Shown: positions 1-11,451 of the stretch, one piece after another | Position numbering within the stretch: position 1 is the first letter of the stretch | Layout: each line of letters begins with the position of its first letter | NCBI RefSeq assembly: GCF_036321535.1 | Contig: NC_087436.1 | Location: 37,140,001 to 37,204,000, forward strand | From: Camelus dromedarius | Taxonomy: Eukaryota | Direction: 5' to 3' | Length of the DNA: 64,000 nt | The notes under the pieces: generated by a model | Told to the model about the DNA's origin: nothing | What the model saw: the letters and a program-made list of their open reading frames with translations, nothing else | Database searches by the model: none | Translations under genes and position numbers: made by a program

Positions 1-830
1 ACTTAAGTGAGGTGGTATTTGTCAAGTTTCTTCACCATAAGGTTATTCTTTTTGCCCCCTTTCTGTGCTGTACTCTTTGGAAAGAAGTCGCTACTTGTAG
101 CCCACACTTAAGGGATAAGCGTTTATGCTCCACCTCCTATGATCCATTTGGAGTTAATTTTTGTGAAATCTATAATGTGTCTAGTTTTATTTAATTGTTT
201 GCCTGTGGATGTTCAATTTTTGCAGCACTGTTTAAACAATCCTTTGAGTTGCCTTTGTGCCTTTGTGAAAATCAGTTGACTTTATTTGTGTGGGCAATTC
301 ATGTGACATTGAAGGTACACTTGAGAGTGATTCTTGAGGAAATTAGTTGACTTTAATTTTATTTCCACTAGTCTGTGTAATTTAATTTTATTAAAGTCTT
401 TTATCTCCATATAAGTAGCTATTATCTTAGCCTTTGAAAGTGGCATCTCTTTTTAAAATTAAATTAAATTAAATTAAATTAAATTTATTTTCAGTATTTA
501 CACTTTATTCATATTTTAACACCTTTCTTGTGGTATGATTCCTGTACAGTAAACTACACATATTTCAGGTGTACAATTTGATGAATTTTAGTAGATATGT
601 CTACCAATGAAACCAATCAAGACAGCTAACATTTCCATCACCCCCCAAGAGGTGCAAATTTCTCATTCCTGATTTATCCCTTACCTCCCCCTTCTCGCTT
701 CTCCCCCCAACTTCATAACCATAAGTTTGTTCTCTATGTCTGAGTCAGTTTCTGTTTTGTAGATAAATTCATTTATGTCCTTTTTTTTAGATTCCACATA
801 TAAGCGATATCACATGGTATTTTTCTCTCT
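1..830 (-). mobile_element. L1 fragments (old ORF2/3' UTR pieces plus a younger 3' end)
   Basis: L1 3'-end phrases such as 'aaccataagtttgttctctatgtctgagtcagtttctgttttgtagataaattc' and 'ttagattccacatataagcgatatcac'; boundaries approximate. Confidence 0.6.
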
Positions 831-3504
831 GAAAATGGCGTCTCTAAATAAGGAACAAAAAACTTCCATTTCAATTTCCTTTTCTTACCTTAACAGGTAA
901 GATTAATAGAAAGGGAATTTAGAAACCCGCCACTCTAACAATATTGTTTCTCCTGTGAGAAAAGGCAAGATGCCTGTGAATGACTCACTCAACGTCAAAC
1001 AGCTGGTAAGTGGTAAGGCCACAAGCCAATGATCAATGATTCATCAAGGACTCCAGTCCGACCTGGCACCCTACGTGGTCTCCTCGTTTAAAGACGCTTC
1101 TGCCTTTTCAGATCTTTCTCTCCAGTCACACTCATTCATAAACATACATACTTCTCAGGTGACTGAGTAAACACATCATCCACAAGTCTGGCCAGAAAGC
1201 TAGCCCGGGGGAAATCCTTCTGAGAAGATAACTTACAGCAAAGCACTAATGAGGCAAACTCATTAGTTTTTGCATCCAGGAGACAACTGGCTTATTTTTG
1301 ATTTGTAGACAAATGGTACCTGTGAAACCTCTTAACAAGCTTGGAGAGGTTTGCTTCTGGTTACAGAAAGAACTCAGTGAGAAGATGCTGGAGTTTATAT
1401 GTACAATGCACTACTGCTATGGAAAAATATAGCTCAGTGGGCATGCCCTATTAATACTGAGTTATGAAGAAAATTTTCATATGAGAAAAACAATAGTGCA
1501 CCTAACTTTGTGGGTGGGCATTATGTTAGGTGATTGCTTTGTTCACAAGTAGACATATGAAGAGATGATGAACCTCAATAAATGGGGAGAGAAGATTTTA
1601 ACTATAAACTTGCACAGAATTTCTTAAATATATTAAATAGGTTTGTAAATCTATGAATATTTAGGTTTGTATGCTAAACAATTAGATCACAAGGCGCTTG
1701 CAAGTCTTTCATGCATCATCCAAAGCAGCAAAAATGATCTTGGACAGTGAGTTGAGGGGTTAATTTTATTCTTTTCTTAGACTTTATTCAGATCCACTGC
1801 CATAACCATCTTGCCAATTCTTTAAAAATACATTTGATTTAAAAATTTTCTCCATTATTGCAAAGTCAAATAATTGTATTAATTATAAAAGTCATCATTT
1901 GTTAAGCACCTACTGTGTGCCTGATACTATCGTAAACAAATTTATGCTTATTACTCTCATGCAGTCTTCACCTCAGTTCTATGGGGTGGGTTACAGTATT
2001 ATTTTCATTTTGTGTGATCAAGAAAATGACAACCCTGTAGTTAAAGTTCAAAAATTGTCATGACTTGTGCTTACTTTGTCCCAGTCAAAACTCCAGCTTC
2101 CTTATGCCCCGATCACAGCTAGCTGCCCATGAGACTGAGTTGTTTCATTAATTCATACTAACATGAAAATGATGACAAATGTTTGATTTACCTGTACAGA
2201 AGAGATATGGAGAGATCAAGTCTAACAGTAGAGTTTTCTGGCAGTGAAAAGGCGTTGTTGGGAAGGGGAGTGTGGGAGACGGGGAGGGATTTCCTGCTGT
2301 GCAGTCCACTGTCCTTTCAAACACATTTCTTAAGTAAGAAACATAGTAAGGTGGCCATCCAGGTATGTGTGTCTGTCAACAAGAACTGTGGGTATGAAAG
2401 AATGAAGGCTTGGTTTCCAGGGAGTACTGCTGGAAGAGGCCTATGTATGTGGAATTTTCTGCCAAGGTTATCTACCCACAGGTAGGATGAGTGAATTAAC
2501 TGTAGTTCTGCAGCTAAGGATTCACAGGTGGCAATTATAATAATTCGAGGATGTCTAGGCGAAAGTTGACAAAAATAACTTAAATGGTGGTAAACATTGA
2601 GCACTGTTTTGGTCAAATTTTACATACTTGTTTTTATTTTCTATTTTTCATCTACTTAAAATTAGACACATTTCTTCTTGGTCTTTTGTACTTCCAGACA
2701 GACATTATTGGGCAGCTTGGATTCAAGAATACATATCTATGCAATTTAGGCTAAGTTCGAACTCTCACATTCTTACGGTTTGGGGCCATGAGAAAACAGA
2801 AAAACATTTTAGTGCCCTGGATAATTTGAACTGTCAGGATTCTACATCGCTTTATCCATAGCATAGTCTATCTATGGCTATTGTAATTGTACAAGATGCA
2901 TACTCTATATAGAGTTGTGGCTAAATGCTGTATGTGTTTATATAGGGCTTTGTGGTTGGACTACCTGAGTTCAAATTCTTGTTCTGCCATTAATAGTCAT
3001 GTGACCATAATCATTTATTTAATCATTTTCTACCTCAGTTTCCTCATTTGTAAACTGGGGGCAATAATAGTACTTATTTCACAGAATTGTGAGAAATCAA
3101 AGAATCACTTAAAACAATACCTGGTATGCATTTGTAGTATTATTGTCACTTTTTGGATATATGTTGCCCTCCACAGCTCATACTTATGATTTTAACTAAT
3201 AACATACATTCTTTTCATCTATTTTTTCCTGAGCAGATTAATCACACTTATTTTAAATGTCTTTTGAGAACTAAAATATCTGGATTGATGTGTTTATTTC
3301 TATTTTTTATTTACAGTTTTAAATAATTATTTTTGTGTCCTGGAATGCCTGGTAAATTTTAATCCAATCTGATCCAGACATTATATTTTAAAAATTAGAG
3401 ACTGAGGTAAAAATCTGCTAGAGAGGCTTAACCTCTTCTACTAGAGAGCTGATCACTTTAATCCAATCAGAGGTAAAACCAACTGCAGTCTGCTTTACAG
3501 GTAT

Positions 3505-3890
3505 TTTTTTTGACTTTAGTTTTTAGAGCAGTTTTACATTCCCAGAAAAACTGAGCAGAAAGAAGAGTTCCTATATGCCCCCTACCCCAACGCTTGTAAT
3601 AGCCTCCTTTATTATCAACGTCCCTCACCAGAATGGTACACTTTTTTTTTCAAAGGATGACTCTACGTTGACACATCATTATCACCCAAAGTCCATAGTT
3701 TGCATTAGGGTTCACTGTTGGTGACAAATGTATAACAACGTGTATCCACCATCACAGTACAGTGCAGAGTAGTTTCACTGTAGTAAAAATCCCCTGTGTT
3801 CCCTCTAGTCATCCCTCCCTTACCCCAGCCCAGGCTGCTACTGATCTTTTTATTGTCTTTGTAGCTTTCCCTTTTCCAGAATGACGTAAG
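3505..3890 (-). mobile_element. L1M-type 3' UTR fragment
   Basis: 'ttttagagcagttttacattcccagaaaaactgagcaga...acacatcattatcacccaaagtccatagtttgcattagggttcact' resembles old L1 3' ends. Confidence 0.6.
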
Positions 3891-3957
3891 TGTATTACAG
3901 TTTTTGTGAGGCTCTTTTCCATCTCCTATCCATCCCTGCTCCTAGAGAGTAACCTTC

Positions 3958-4317
3958 TGCTCTAGACTGAATGTTTATGTCTCCCCCAAATTCGTATGTT
4001 GAAACCCTAACCCCCTAATGTGATGGTATTAGGAGGCGGAGCCCTGAGAGGTGGTTAGGTCATGACGACAGAGTCCCCAGGAATGCGATTAGTACCCTCA
4101 TAAAAGAGACCGTGCCGGGCTCCTCATCTCTTCTGATAAGTGAGGACACAGCAAGAAGATGGTCTATAAACCAGGAAGTTGGCTCTTGCCAGAAAATGAT
4201 TCCTCCGGAGCCTTGATCCTGGACTTTCCAGCCTCCAGAACTGTGAGCAATAATGTTTGTTGTTTAAGTCACACAGCATATGGTGTTTTTGATATAGCAA
4301 CCGGACCCAACTGAACA
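3958..4317 (+). mobile_element. MaLR solo LTR (MLT1-like)
   Basis: 'gactgaatgtttatgtctcccccaaattcgtatgttgaaacccta...ggactttccagcctccagaactgtgagcaataa...' resembles MLT1 consensus. Confidence 0.75.
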
Positions 4318-4935
4318 CCCTCCTGGGGTTCTACCTGAGGACCTGGGGTGCTCACAGTGACCCTGTCCTCCTGGTGAGGCTTTTAAGTTTGCAAAATCTC
4401 TGCTCTATTTTATAGAGACTTTCTGCCAACTTTCTTAGTATCTCACTCCATGTAGCATCAGAATTTGGGAAAAAGGTCAAGTGTGAGATTCGTGTTTCCA
4501 CCCACCCTTCTCACTGGCATCCCAGTCTCACAAGATTCCAATTTTTCTCTCCAGCTCCTCAGACTGCCAAGAATTCTGCTGCCTTCTCCACCCTTTGGTG
4601 ACCTCCTGCCCAAATCTCTGGCCTAGATTCTTGACCTCTTGCCAGGTAGTCAGAACTGGCAAGTGCCCCAAGAGAAAAATCAGTTGCAGAGTGCCAACGC
4701 TCCTCTCCAAGTTTCTTCCTTCTCCAAAGTCTTATTGCTCAAGTCCGAATTTCCCCAGCAGATCTTTAATGCCTTCAAACAGATACCGTTTTGTGTATTT
4801 TGTCCAGCTTTTCTAGTCATTCTCAGTGAGGGCACTGGCCTTCATCTCAGCTAAAAGCAAAGGTCTTGACATACATCCCTGACAGGTGTTTCTATATTTT
4901 CTTATTTATTCTGTTAAGATTAACTAATTATATAA

Positions 4936-5373
4936 TAAAAATAATGCCATTTGCAGCAACATGGATGGCCCCGGAGAATGTCATTCTAAGTGAAGTAAGC
5001 CAGAAAGAGAAAGAAAAATACCGTATGATATTACTCATATGTGGAATCTGAAAAAAAAAAAAGACAAATGAACTTGTTTATAAAACAGAAACAGACTCAC
5101 AGACATAGAAAACAAACTTATGGTTATCAGGGGTGAAGGGATAAATCAGGAGTTCGAGATTCACAGATACTGACTGGTATATATAAAACAGATAAACAAG
5201 TTCATACTGTATAGCACAGGGAACTATATTCAATGTCTTGTAGTAGCTTATGGAAAAAGAGTATGAAAACAAATATATGTTATTCATGTATGACTGAAGC
5301 ATTGTGCTGTACACCAGAAACTGACACAACACTGTAAACTGACTATACTTCAATAAAAAAAAGTAAAAATAAA
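4936..5373 (+). mobile_element. 5'-truncated lineage-specific L1 (end of ORF2 + 3' UTR + polyA)
   Basis: IMPFAATWMAPENVILSEVSQKEKEKY matches the L1 ORF2 C-terminus; A-tail; 20-bp TSD aagattaac(t/a)aattatataa at 4916-4935 and 5374-5393. Confidence 0.9.
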
Positions 5374-7314
5374 AAGATTAACAAATTATATAAACAGTTT
5401 GACCAAGCAATCTACCTACATGTTTGATTTTATGGATGATTTGTCACTAAATATAAATCTGTGCTTTAATTTAGCATGTTGCTGTATTAACATATTTGAT
5501 CATCTGTTGTGTAAATATTTGTCATGAATTTTTTAATGAATTTAGAAATGAATATCTGGTGGTCATTATCACTATATTTGTATACTTATTTTTGCCTTTA
5601 TAGGTTTTATGTATATGAATTGCAACTAACCAATAGGAATATTGTGGAAAAACAATTTTATTTTTTTATAACTCATCTTAATTTCAATCTTTCAATCTTC
5701 AATCATTTTACTTGGGAAAGTAAATGTTTGGTTGACAATATTTTACCTCAGTATTTTGTTTATGCCATGAGCCTTTTGAATTTTCCTAAAGACCCTGAAC
5801 TTTTGAAACTGAAAATCCAGGCAGAGTTTGCTTTCTGTTGTCCGATGCATTCCCTGAAGCAATGATAACAGAGTCTTAGTCAATTTGGGGATTTCTCTAG
5901 GATTGTGTTTAAGTAACGAGAGACTTACATAGTACCACAGCATCAGGATAGGAGGGATCGCAGTGTCATCTGTCCACGATGTATCTACCCATATGGGCAC
6001 CACCTATCTCCTCATTCACTAGTCCAGTCTGGCATATCTTGACCTTCATTCTTATTTACAAGGCCCCTTTAGATCCACTGATTTTCTCTGTTTACCTTGT
6101 TTTCATCCTTGAATGCAAAGGAAACTTTCCAGTGCTCTGGAGCTATTCCAGTGGGATGAGCTGATCCCACCTGCCCAGACACACTATTTTTTCTACACAG
6201 CTTTGCTGCCTCCTTAGAGAAGGGCTCTGATTCTCTTTTGGATCAATCCTCCAGTTTTAGGGGAGAGGTAGAGGTATGTTTCACAATGCTTTGCCCCAGT
6301 ATTTTGTTTATGCCATGAGCCCTTTGAATTTTCCTAAAGGTATAAACTTTTGAAACTCAAAATCTAGACAGAGTTTGCTTTCTGTTGTCCCATGCATTCA
6401 CTGAAGCAGCAATAACAGACTAGCCTAGCTGAAAAGAGGAAAATGAAATACCGGAGAGAAAAACAAAGCAAAACCTTGGTTACTATTTCAAAAAAAATTA
6501 CTGTGCTACATGTGTATCCATTCAACAAACCCTTACTTTCTTATTGAGCTCCTAATGTATGCCAGGCAATACACCAGGCTGTCATGATGAATGAGATGCA
6601 GTCTTTGCCTCAGCCACCTCCCAACTGAACAGGGAACACACACAGACAAGAGAGAGGCAGTTTCAAGCCTTCTGGTTAAAATAGGGCACAGTAAATATGA
6701 GTGTTTACTCACTCTCCCTCCCAAAATTACATAAAAGTGACAGTAAGTGGTTTTTTTTAAGCCAGAAACTTATAAAGGCAGAAAATGAGATATTTATAAG
6801 TAGAGGACATGGAAGCAACAGAACATTGGAAACTGGAAAGCAGATGGACTGGTGGCAAAACTGAATTAACACCTGAAACCAAAGCTGGCAGTAAGGAAAG
6901 CTGAGAAAAGGGCTGATCGGACCTACAGGATCTCAGAAATATTTAGAAATATTAGAATAGGGGTGCAGGTGTGCTGACAATGGGAGGATTAATTGCAAGT
7001 TTGTCAAAGAAATGAATTGGCAGCCAAAGTTTTACTTTCCTGGTGAGACTGTGGTTGAATTCTCTGTGGGAAGCTCGCTGAAATCAAAAACAAAGGAACA
7101 AACAAGAAACAACGAAAGAGCCCAGTCAGCTCACCCTACGGGGATGTGTACCAGTCTGTTCCAGTCAGTTCTTTTTTCCTGCTTAATTTTAAATATGAGC
7201 AGACAACTGGGAATTACCAGTTGTTTAAGAAAAGCCTCTGCCATGACAGAATCAAATCAAACAACCACTTGAGGAAAATAGAAACTACATATGAAATGCA
7301 AGAAAACTTAAAAC

Positions 7315-7315
<1 letters not shown>

Positions 7316-7348
<33 letters not shown>
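7316..7348 (+). repeat. (AAGC)n microsatellite
   Basis: About eight tandem AAGC units. Confidence 0.9.
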
Positions 7349-7349
<1 letters not shown>

Positions 7350-7379
7350 ACTCTGTAGTTAATATCCTCATGGGGAAAG

Positions 7380-8051
7380 AAGAGATACAGCATTTGGGAA
7401 GCAATGGGAGAAGGCTATAGAATGAAACTATTCAGAGAGCAAAAGATTGTTCTTTGAAGTTAAAAATAATAGAAAATTTCAGAAGAGAGTTTCGAAGTTA
7501 AATTTGAGGAATCTTTCAGAATGGCAATCAAAAATAAGGTAATGGAAAATGGAAAAGAAATGGAAAATATTAGATTTCAGGAGGCGCAAAACTCTAATAA
7601 GCCAGGAGTTCCAGAAAGAGAGAATACAAAAACACAGGGTAGGATTTTTGAAGAAATAATGAGAGTTTCCTGAACAGAGGGACGTGAGTTTGTGGATTAA
7701 GAGGCCTCACTTAGCACCCTACACAATGCACACAAAGACAAAAACCTACACTAAGGCAAGCTGTTGTGAAATTTCAGAACCTCGGAGATAAGAAAAGGTC
7801 CTACAAACTCCCAAAGTTAAAAACATACAGAAGATCCAGAATCTGAAAGGTATCAGACTCCTTCCTTGCCTCATGGAAGACAATCAATGGAGCGATCCCT
7901 TCAAAACACAGACGGACGGTTATTTCAAATCTTGATTTCTGTTCTCTGTCAAATTTTCTAACAAGTGTGAAGGCAGATTAAAGACATTTTAGACATACAA
8001 GGTTTAAAATTTTACCTCCTTTTCAGGAAAATACTAGAGAGTGGGTTCTAC
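7380..8051 (+). mobile_element. Old L1/HAL1-like ORF1 relic, interrupted by the provirus (continues from 16104 to about 16190)
   Basis: A-rich decayed ORF1-like text (ggagttccagaaagagagaa, gtgaaatttcagaac). Joining the two flanks gives a continuous L1M/HAL1-like phrase (...caggaaaatactagagagtgggttctac|aaaataaggaaataaaccaagaagacataggatccag). Confidence 0.55.
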
Positions 8052-8594
8052 TGAGGCGGGAAGCCCCGTAAAAAGACCAGCAGGACCCCTGGGCAGGGCC
8101 ACTGCTCTCCTCCTGGCACCGCCTGGTTCCCTGGCCCAGAAGCTCTATCTCACTTTTTGCCTCTAAAGCGGCTAACTTACATCTAGAAGTCTATTGGTTC
8201 CCTGAGCTCACTTCTGATTGGTTATTTCCTTCACTCCTGATTGGTTATTACTCTCACTTCTTATTGGTCCACTTCCCTAACTTCTGATTGGTCCATTTGT
8301 AGTAACTTCATTTGCATGGAGCTCACTCCTGATTGGTCTATTTCTACAAAGCTTGTTCCTGGTTGGTCAACTTCTGTTGTACTTTATTTGCATATGATGT
8401 TGCAAAGTGTAAAACTGGCAGCCTATAAAAGGCCTGTGTAACCCTACAGACAGGGTCCGGAGCTTGAAGTGTTGACTCCTCTGTGCCTGCTGGTGTAATA
8501 AACCTGAGTTCTCCAATTCTCAGAGTGCTACTTGGTCTCCCGCCTGGGTCCAAGTTGCTGTCACAGCTGAGCTGTAACACATATTTCCACAACA
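8052..8594 (+). repeat. 5' LTR (543 bp)
   Basis: TGAGGCGGG...CACAACA; six ATTGG boxes; ATTTGCAT at 8310 and 8386; TATAAAA 8424-8430; AATAAA 8497-8502; direct repeat of 15623-16103. Confidence 0.96.
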
Positions 8595-8598
8595 TTTC

Positions 8599-8616
8599 TG
8601 GAGGCCCCAGTGAGAT
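8599..8616 (+). promoter_or_regulatory. Primer binding site, tRNA-Thr type
   Basis: TGGAGGCCCCAGTGAGAT just after the 5' LTR is complementary to the recalled 3' end of a mammalian tRNA-Thr (...TCTCGCTGGGGCCTCCA), with a C>T mismatch at a CpG. Confidence 0.8.
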
Positions 8617-9882
8617 TCCATCCACGCCAGCCCCTTGAGCTATCAGGACGGTGGAGCGACCACCTGGAGGTCAGGAGCTCTGAAAGTGAACGAGAAGGTG
8701 CGCCACCTGACAATATTCCGGGTCTTTCTTCGCGGAGGTGATTCAGGCCTCCAGGCAGCTGTGCTCCAACCGGACTCAGTGGAGGGATGGACCAACTCAC
8801 CAGGCAATACGGCCGAATAAGGTAGGAGTCCTGAGAAGCGTCCATAGTTAGTTTAGGGTAATCAGGTTCTGCCCAAGTGGACAGAAGAGAAGACTGATCA
8901 CCTTCTTCAGGCTCTCTGCCTGACGGTAATCCGGATGGGGAGATCAGGTTATGCTCCCCGCCAGACAGTAGTCCGACGGGGAGATCTGGTTAGATTAGGT
9001 TAGATAAGGGGTGCCCCAGTGATAGGGAGGGAATGTGCAAATTATCTCTGTGTGTTTGTGTGTGTGTCCTGAAAAGCGTGCGATCAGGTTTGAGTTTGTA
9101 GCTCCACGGCATTCTGCTATGGAGTTTGAGTGAGTCCCAACCTGCGGTTCCGTGGTGACCTCATACGGCTCATGGCGGTATCGGCCCCTCGGGGTACCAA
9201 TCGGAGTCAGCGGTTTATGCTGACCCACCAAAGCTAAGAGGCACCTTCCTCCCCGCGAGGGGAGCGGCCAGGTGGACACAGCAAAAACCCTCCCTTTGTC
9301 TTGTTTGCGACACCGGCACAGGGTGGCTACACGGGGAGGGAAAGGGACATAGAACAGCCTATAAGTAAACGACCCCTGTGCCCTTAGGGACTAAGATGAG
9401 ACTACATTAAAGAGTTTCAGACACGACCTTGTCACTAGTACCCCGGAATATCCTGGCACAATTAATAAACTAGCCTCAATACTACTTTTCTGTCTATAAT
9501 TACAACCACAAGACCTAAGCCAGTGGGAACCACCCCAGGACTGTCCGGGATCCTCTTTTAAGGTCCCCTTGTGGTCCATTTATCCTACCACTGGCCGGCC
9601 ATCCCAGCCTTACATTTTGTTGAATCAGACTATAAAAAGACTACACAGGGACCCCCTGAAGCTTGTCCAGGCCCGGAAGAGCATCAGGGACAGCTCCCTA
9701 ACGTGAAACCCTAACTCATTGGCAGGACTTGCAGCCAAACGGGAAAATATTAGGCCCAGTGAGGCAGCAGGCTTTTTGAGAACTCCACTGTTTTTGAGGA
9801 GTGAAAAACAGGTACTGGGGTCACAGCCTACAGTGCCAGAAGCAGACCCATGCCTATTGGCCACAAAATCTGTCAATCAATA

Positions 9883-11451
9883 ATGGGAGCCTCAAAATCA
9901 AAGCCGACAGTTCTGGACTGCATGATTAAAAATTTCAAAAAGGGTTCCTCAGGAGACCATGGGATTAAATTGTCACCAGGAAAATTGTGCACATTGTGCG
10001 AGTTAGAATGGCCCACCTTTGGAGTGGGATGGCCCTCAGAAGGCACACTTGACTTGCCAACTATCCGGGCCAGGTACAGAATGATTACTGGGACCCCAGG
10101 GCGCCCCAACCAATTCCCATATATTGACTCCTGGCTAACAATTGCCCAAACCTTGCCCTCATGTATCCGGTTCTGCACAAATGGTAAGGGGCAATGTCAG
10201 ATCCTCACGGCCCAGACAGTGAAAATAAAAAAAGAAGGTGCAACAAAGCCAATTCTACAGGGGGACCCTGAAAAAGAGCCAATAATGCCCCCGCCATATA
10301 TTCTTTCTTCTACGGTGCCACCACAACCGTCTCTATCTGATAGCCCACCTCCACCTGTGTCCCCACCGCCACAACCCCAGACTCCAAGCCAGGAACCCAT
10401 AGGGAGGAGACTCCGTTCAGCCCAAAAAACCAGCCAGCCAGCGACTGCCCTCCAGATGCCTCTCTGGGAAACCCAAGGGCCCCAACTCATTAACAATGAT
10501 GGCTCCGGACACTCCATCCTGTACTACCAACCTTTCAGTACAACAGACCTCCTAAACTGGCAACACCACACTCCTCCATATTCAGAAAAACCCCAGGCCA
10601 TGATTGACCTCGTAGAGTCTATCTTCCAGACCCACCAGCCAACTTGGGACGACATCTGTCAGCTGCTCTTCAATACTGAAGAAAGAAAGCGTATCCTGAC
10701 AGAAACAAAAAAATGGCTACAAGAGCAAGCTCCAGAGAGAACCATGGGTGCAGAAGGGTGGGCCCAAAATGCAGCCCCAGAAAAAAGGCCAAACTGGGAT
10801 TTTAACACCCAAGATGGACAAGAGACTCTGCGGACATATCGGAGAGCTCTCCTGCATGGGTTGCGAGCTGGGGCAAAGAAACCAACATGTTTAAGACCAC
10901 CACAGTGATCCAAAAGCCAGACGAGTACCCCATGGACTTCTATGAGAGGCTATGCGAAGCTTTTCGGATCTATACCCAATTTGACCCCAAAGCCCCTGAA
11001 AACCAGCAGATGGTCAGTGCTGCTTTTGTGGCCCAATCCTACGCCGACATCCGCCGAAAACTTCAAAAACTGGAAGGTTTTGCTGGAATGAATTCCACTC
11101 AACTGCTGGAGGTGGCCAACAAAGTCTTCATAAACCAAGACCACGAAGCCTGACAAGAAGCAGACAGATGAACAAAACAGAAAGCATCCCTGCTGGCAGC
11201 AGCACTAGGGAACTCTTACCCAAACCAGCATCCCACCTCAACGTGGAAAGGGGGGACCCGTGCGGGGCCCTCCCTGAGGCAAGACCAATATGCATACTGT
11301 AAGAAGGTTGGTCACTGGAAAAATGAAAGTCCTAATCGTGGAGAAACAAAAAACTTACCAAAGAGAAAAACCTCCAGCCAGCAAAGAAAAGTACCAACCC
11401 GAGTCTCCTCCGAGGAGTCTCATCGGATTGGCAGGGCTGGACTCAGACTAG
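9883..11451 (+). pseudogene. gag: ERV gag (MA-p12-CA-NC), frameshifted with premature stops
   Basis: MGASKS myristoylation-type start; WPTFGVGWPSEGT; PPPY late domain; YQPFSTTDLLNW; MHR (IQKPDEYPMDFYERLCEAFRIY); degenerate zinc knuckle YAYCKKVGHWKNES; frameshift near 10885; TGA at 11151 and 11169; terminal TAG at 11449. Confidence 0.93.

Noticed and set aside
8190..8345. CRISPR-like short repeat array
   Set aside because: Degenerate CCAAT enhancer units inside a eukaryotic LTR; no unique spacers and no cas genes.
9850..9882. Upstream in-frame ATG extending Gag (glyco-Gag-like)
   Set aside because: Adds only 11 aa with no hydrophobic anchor; MGASKS at 9883 is the myristoylation-type start.
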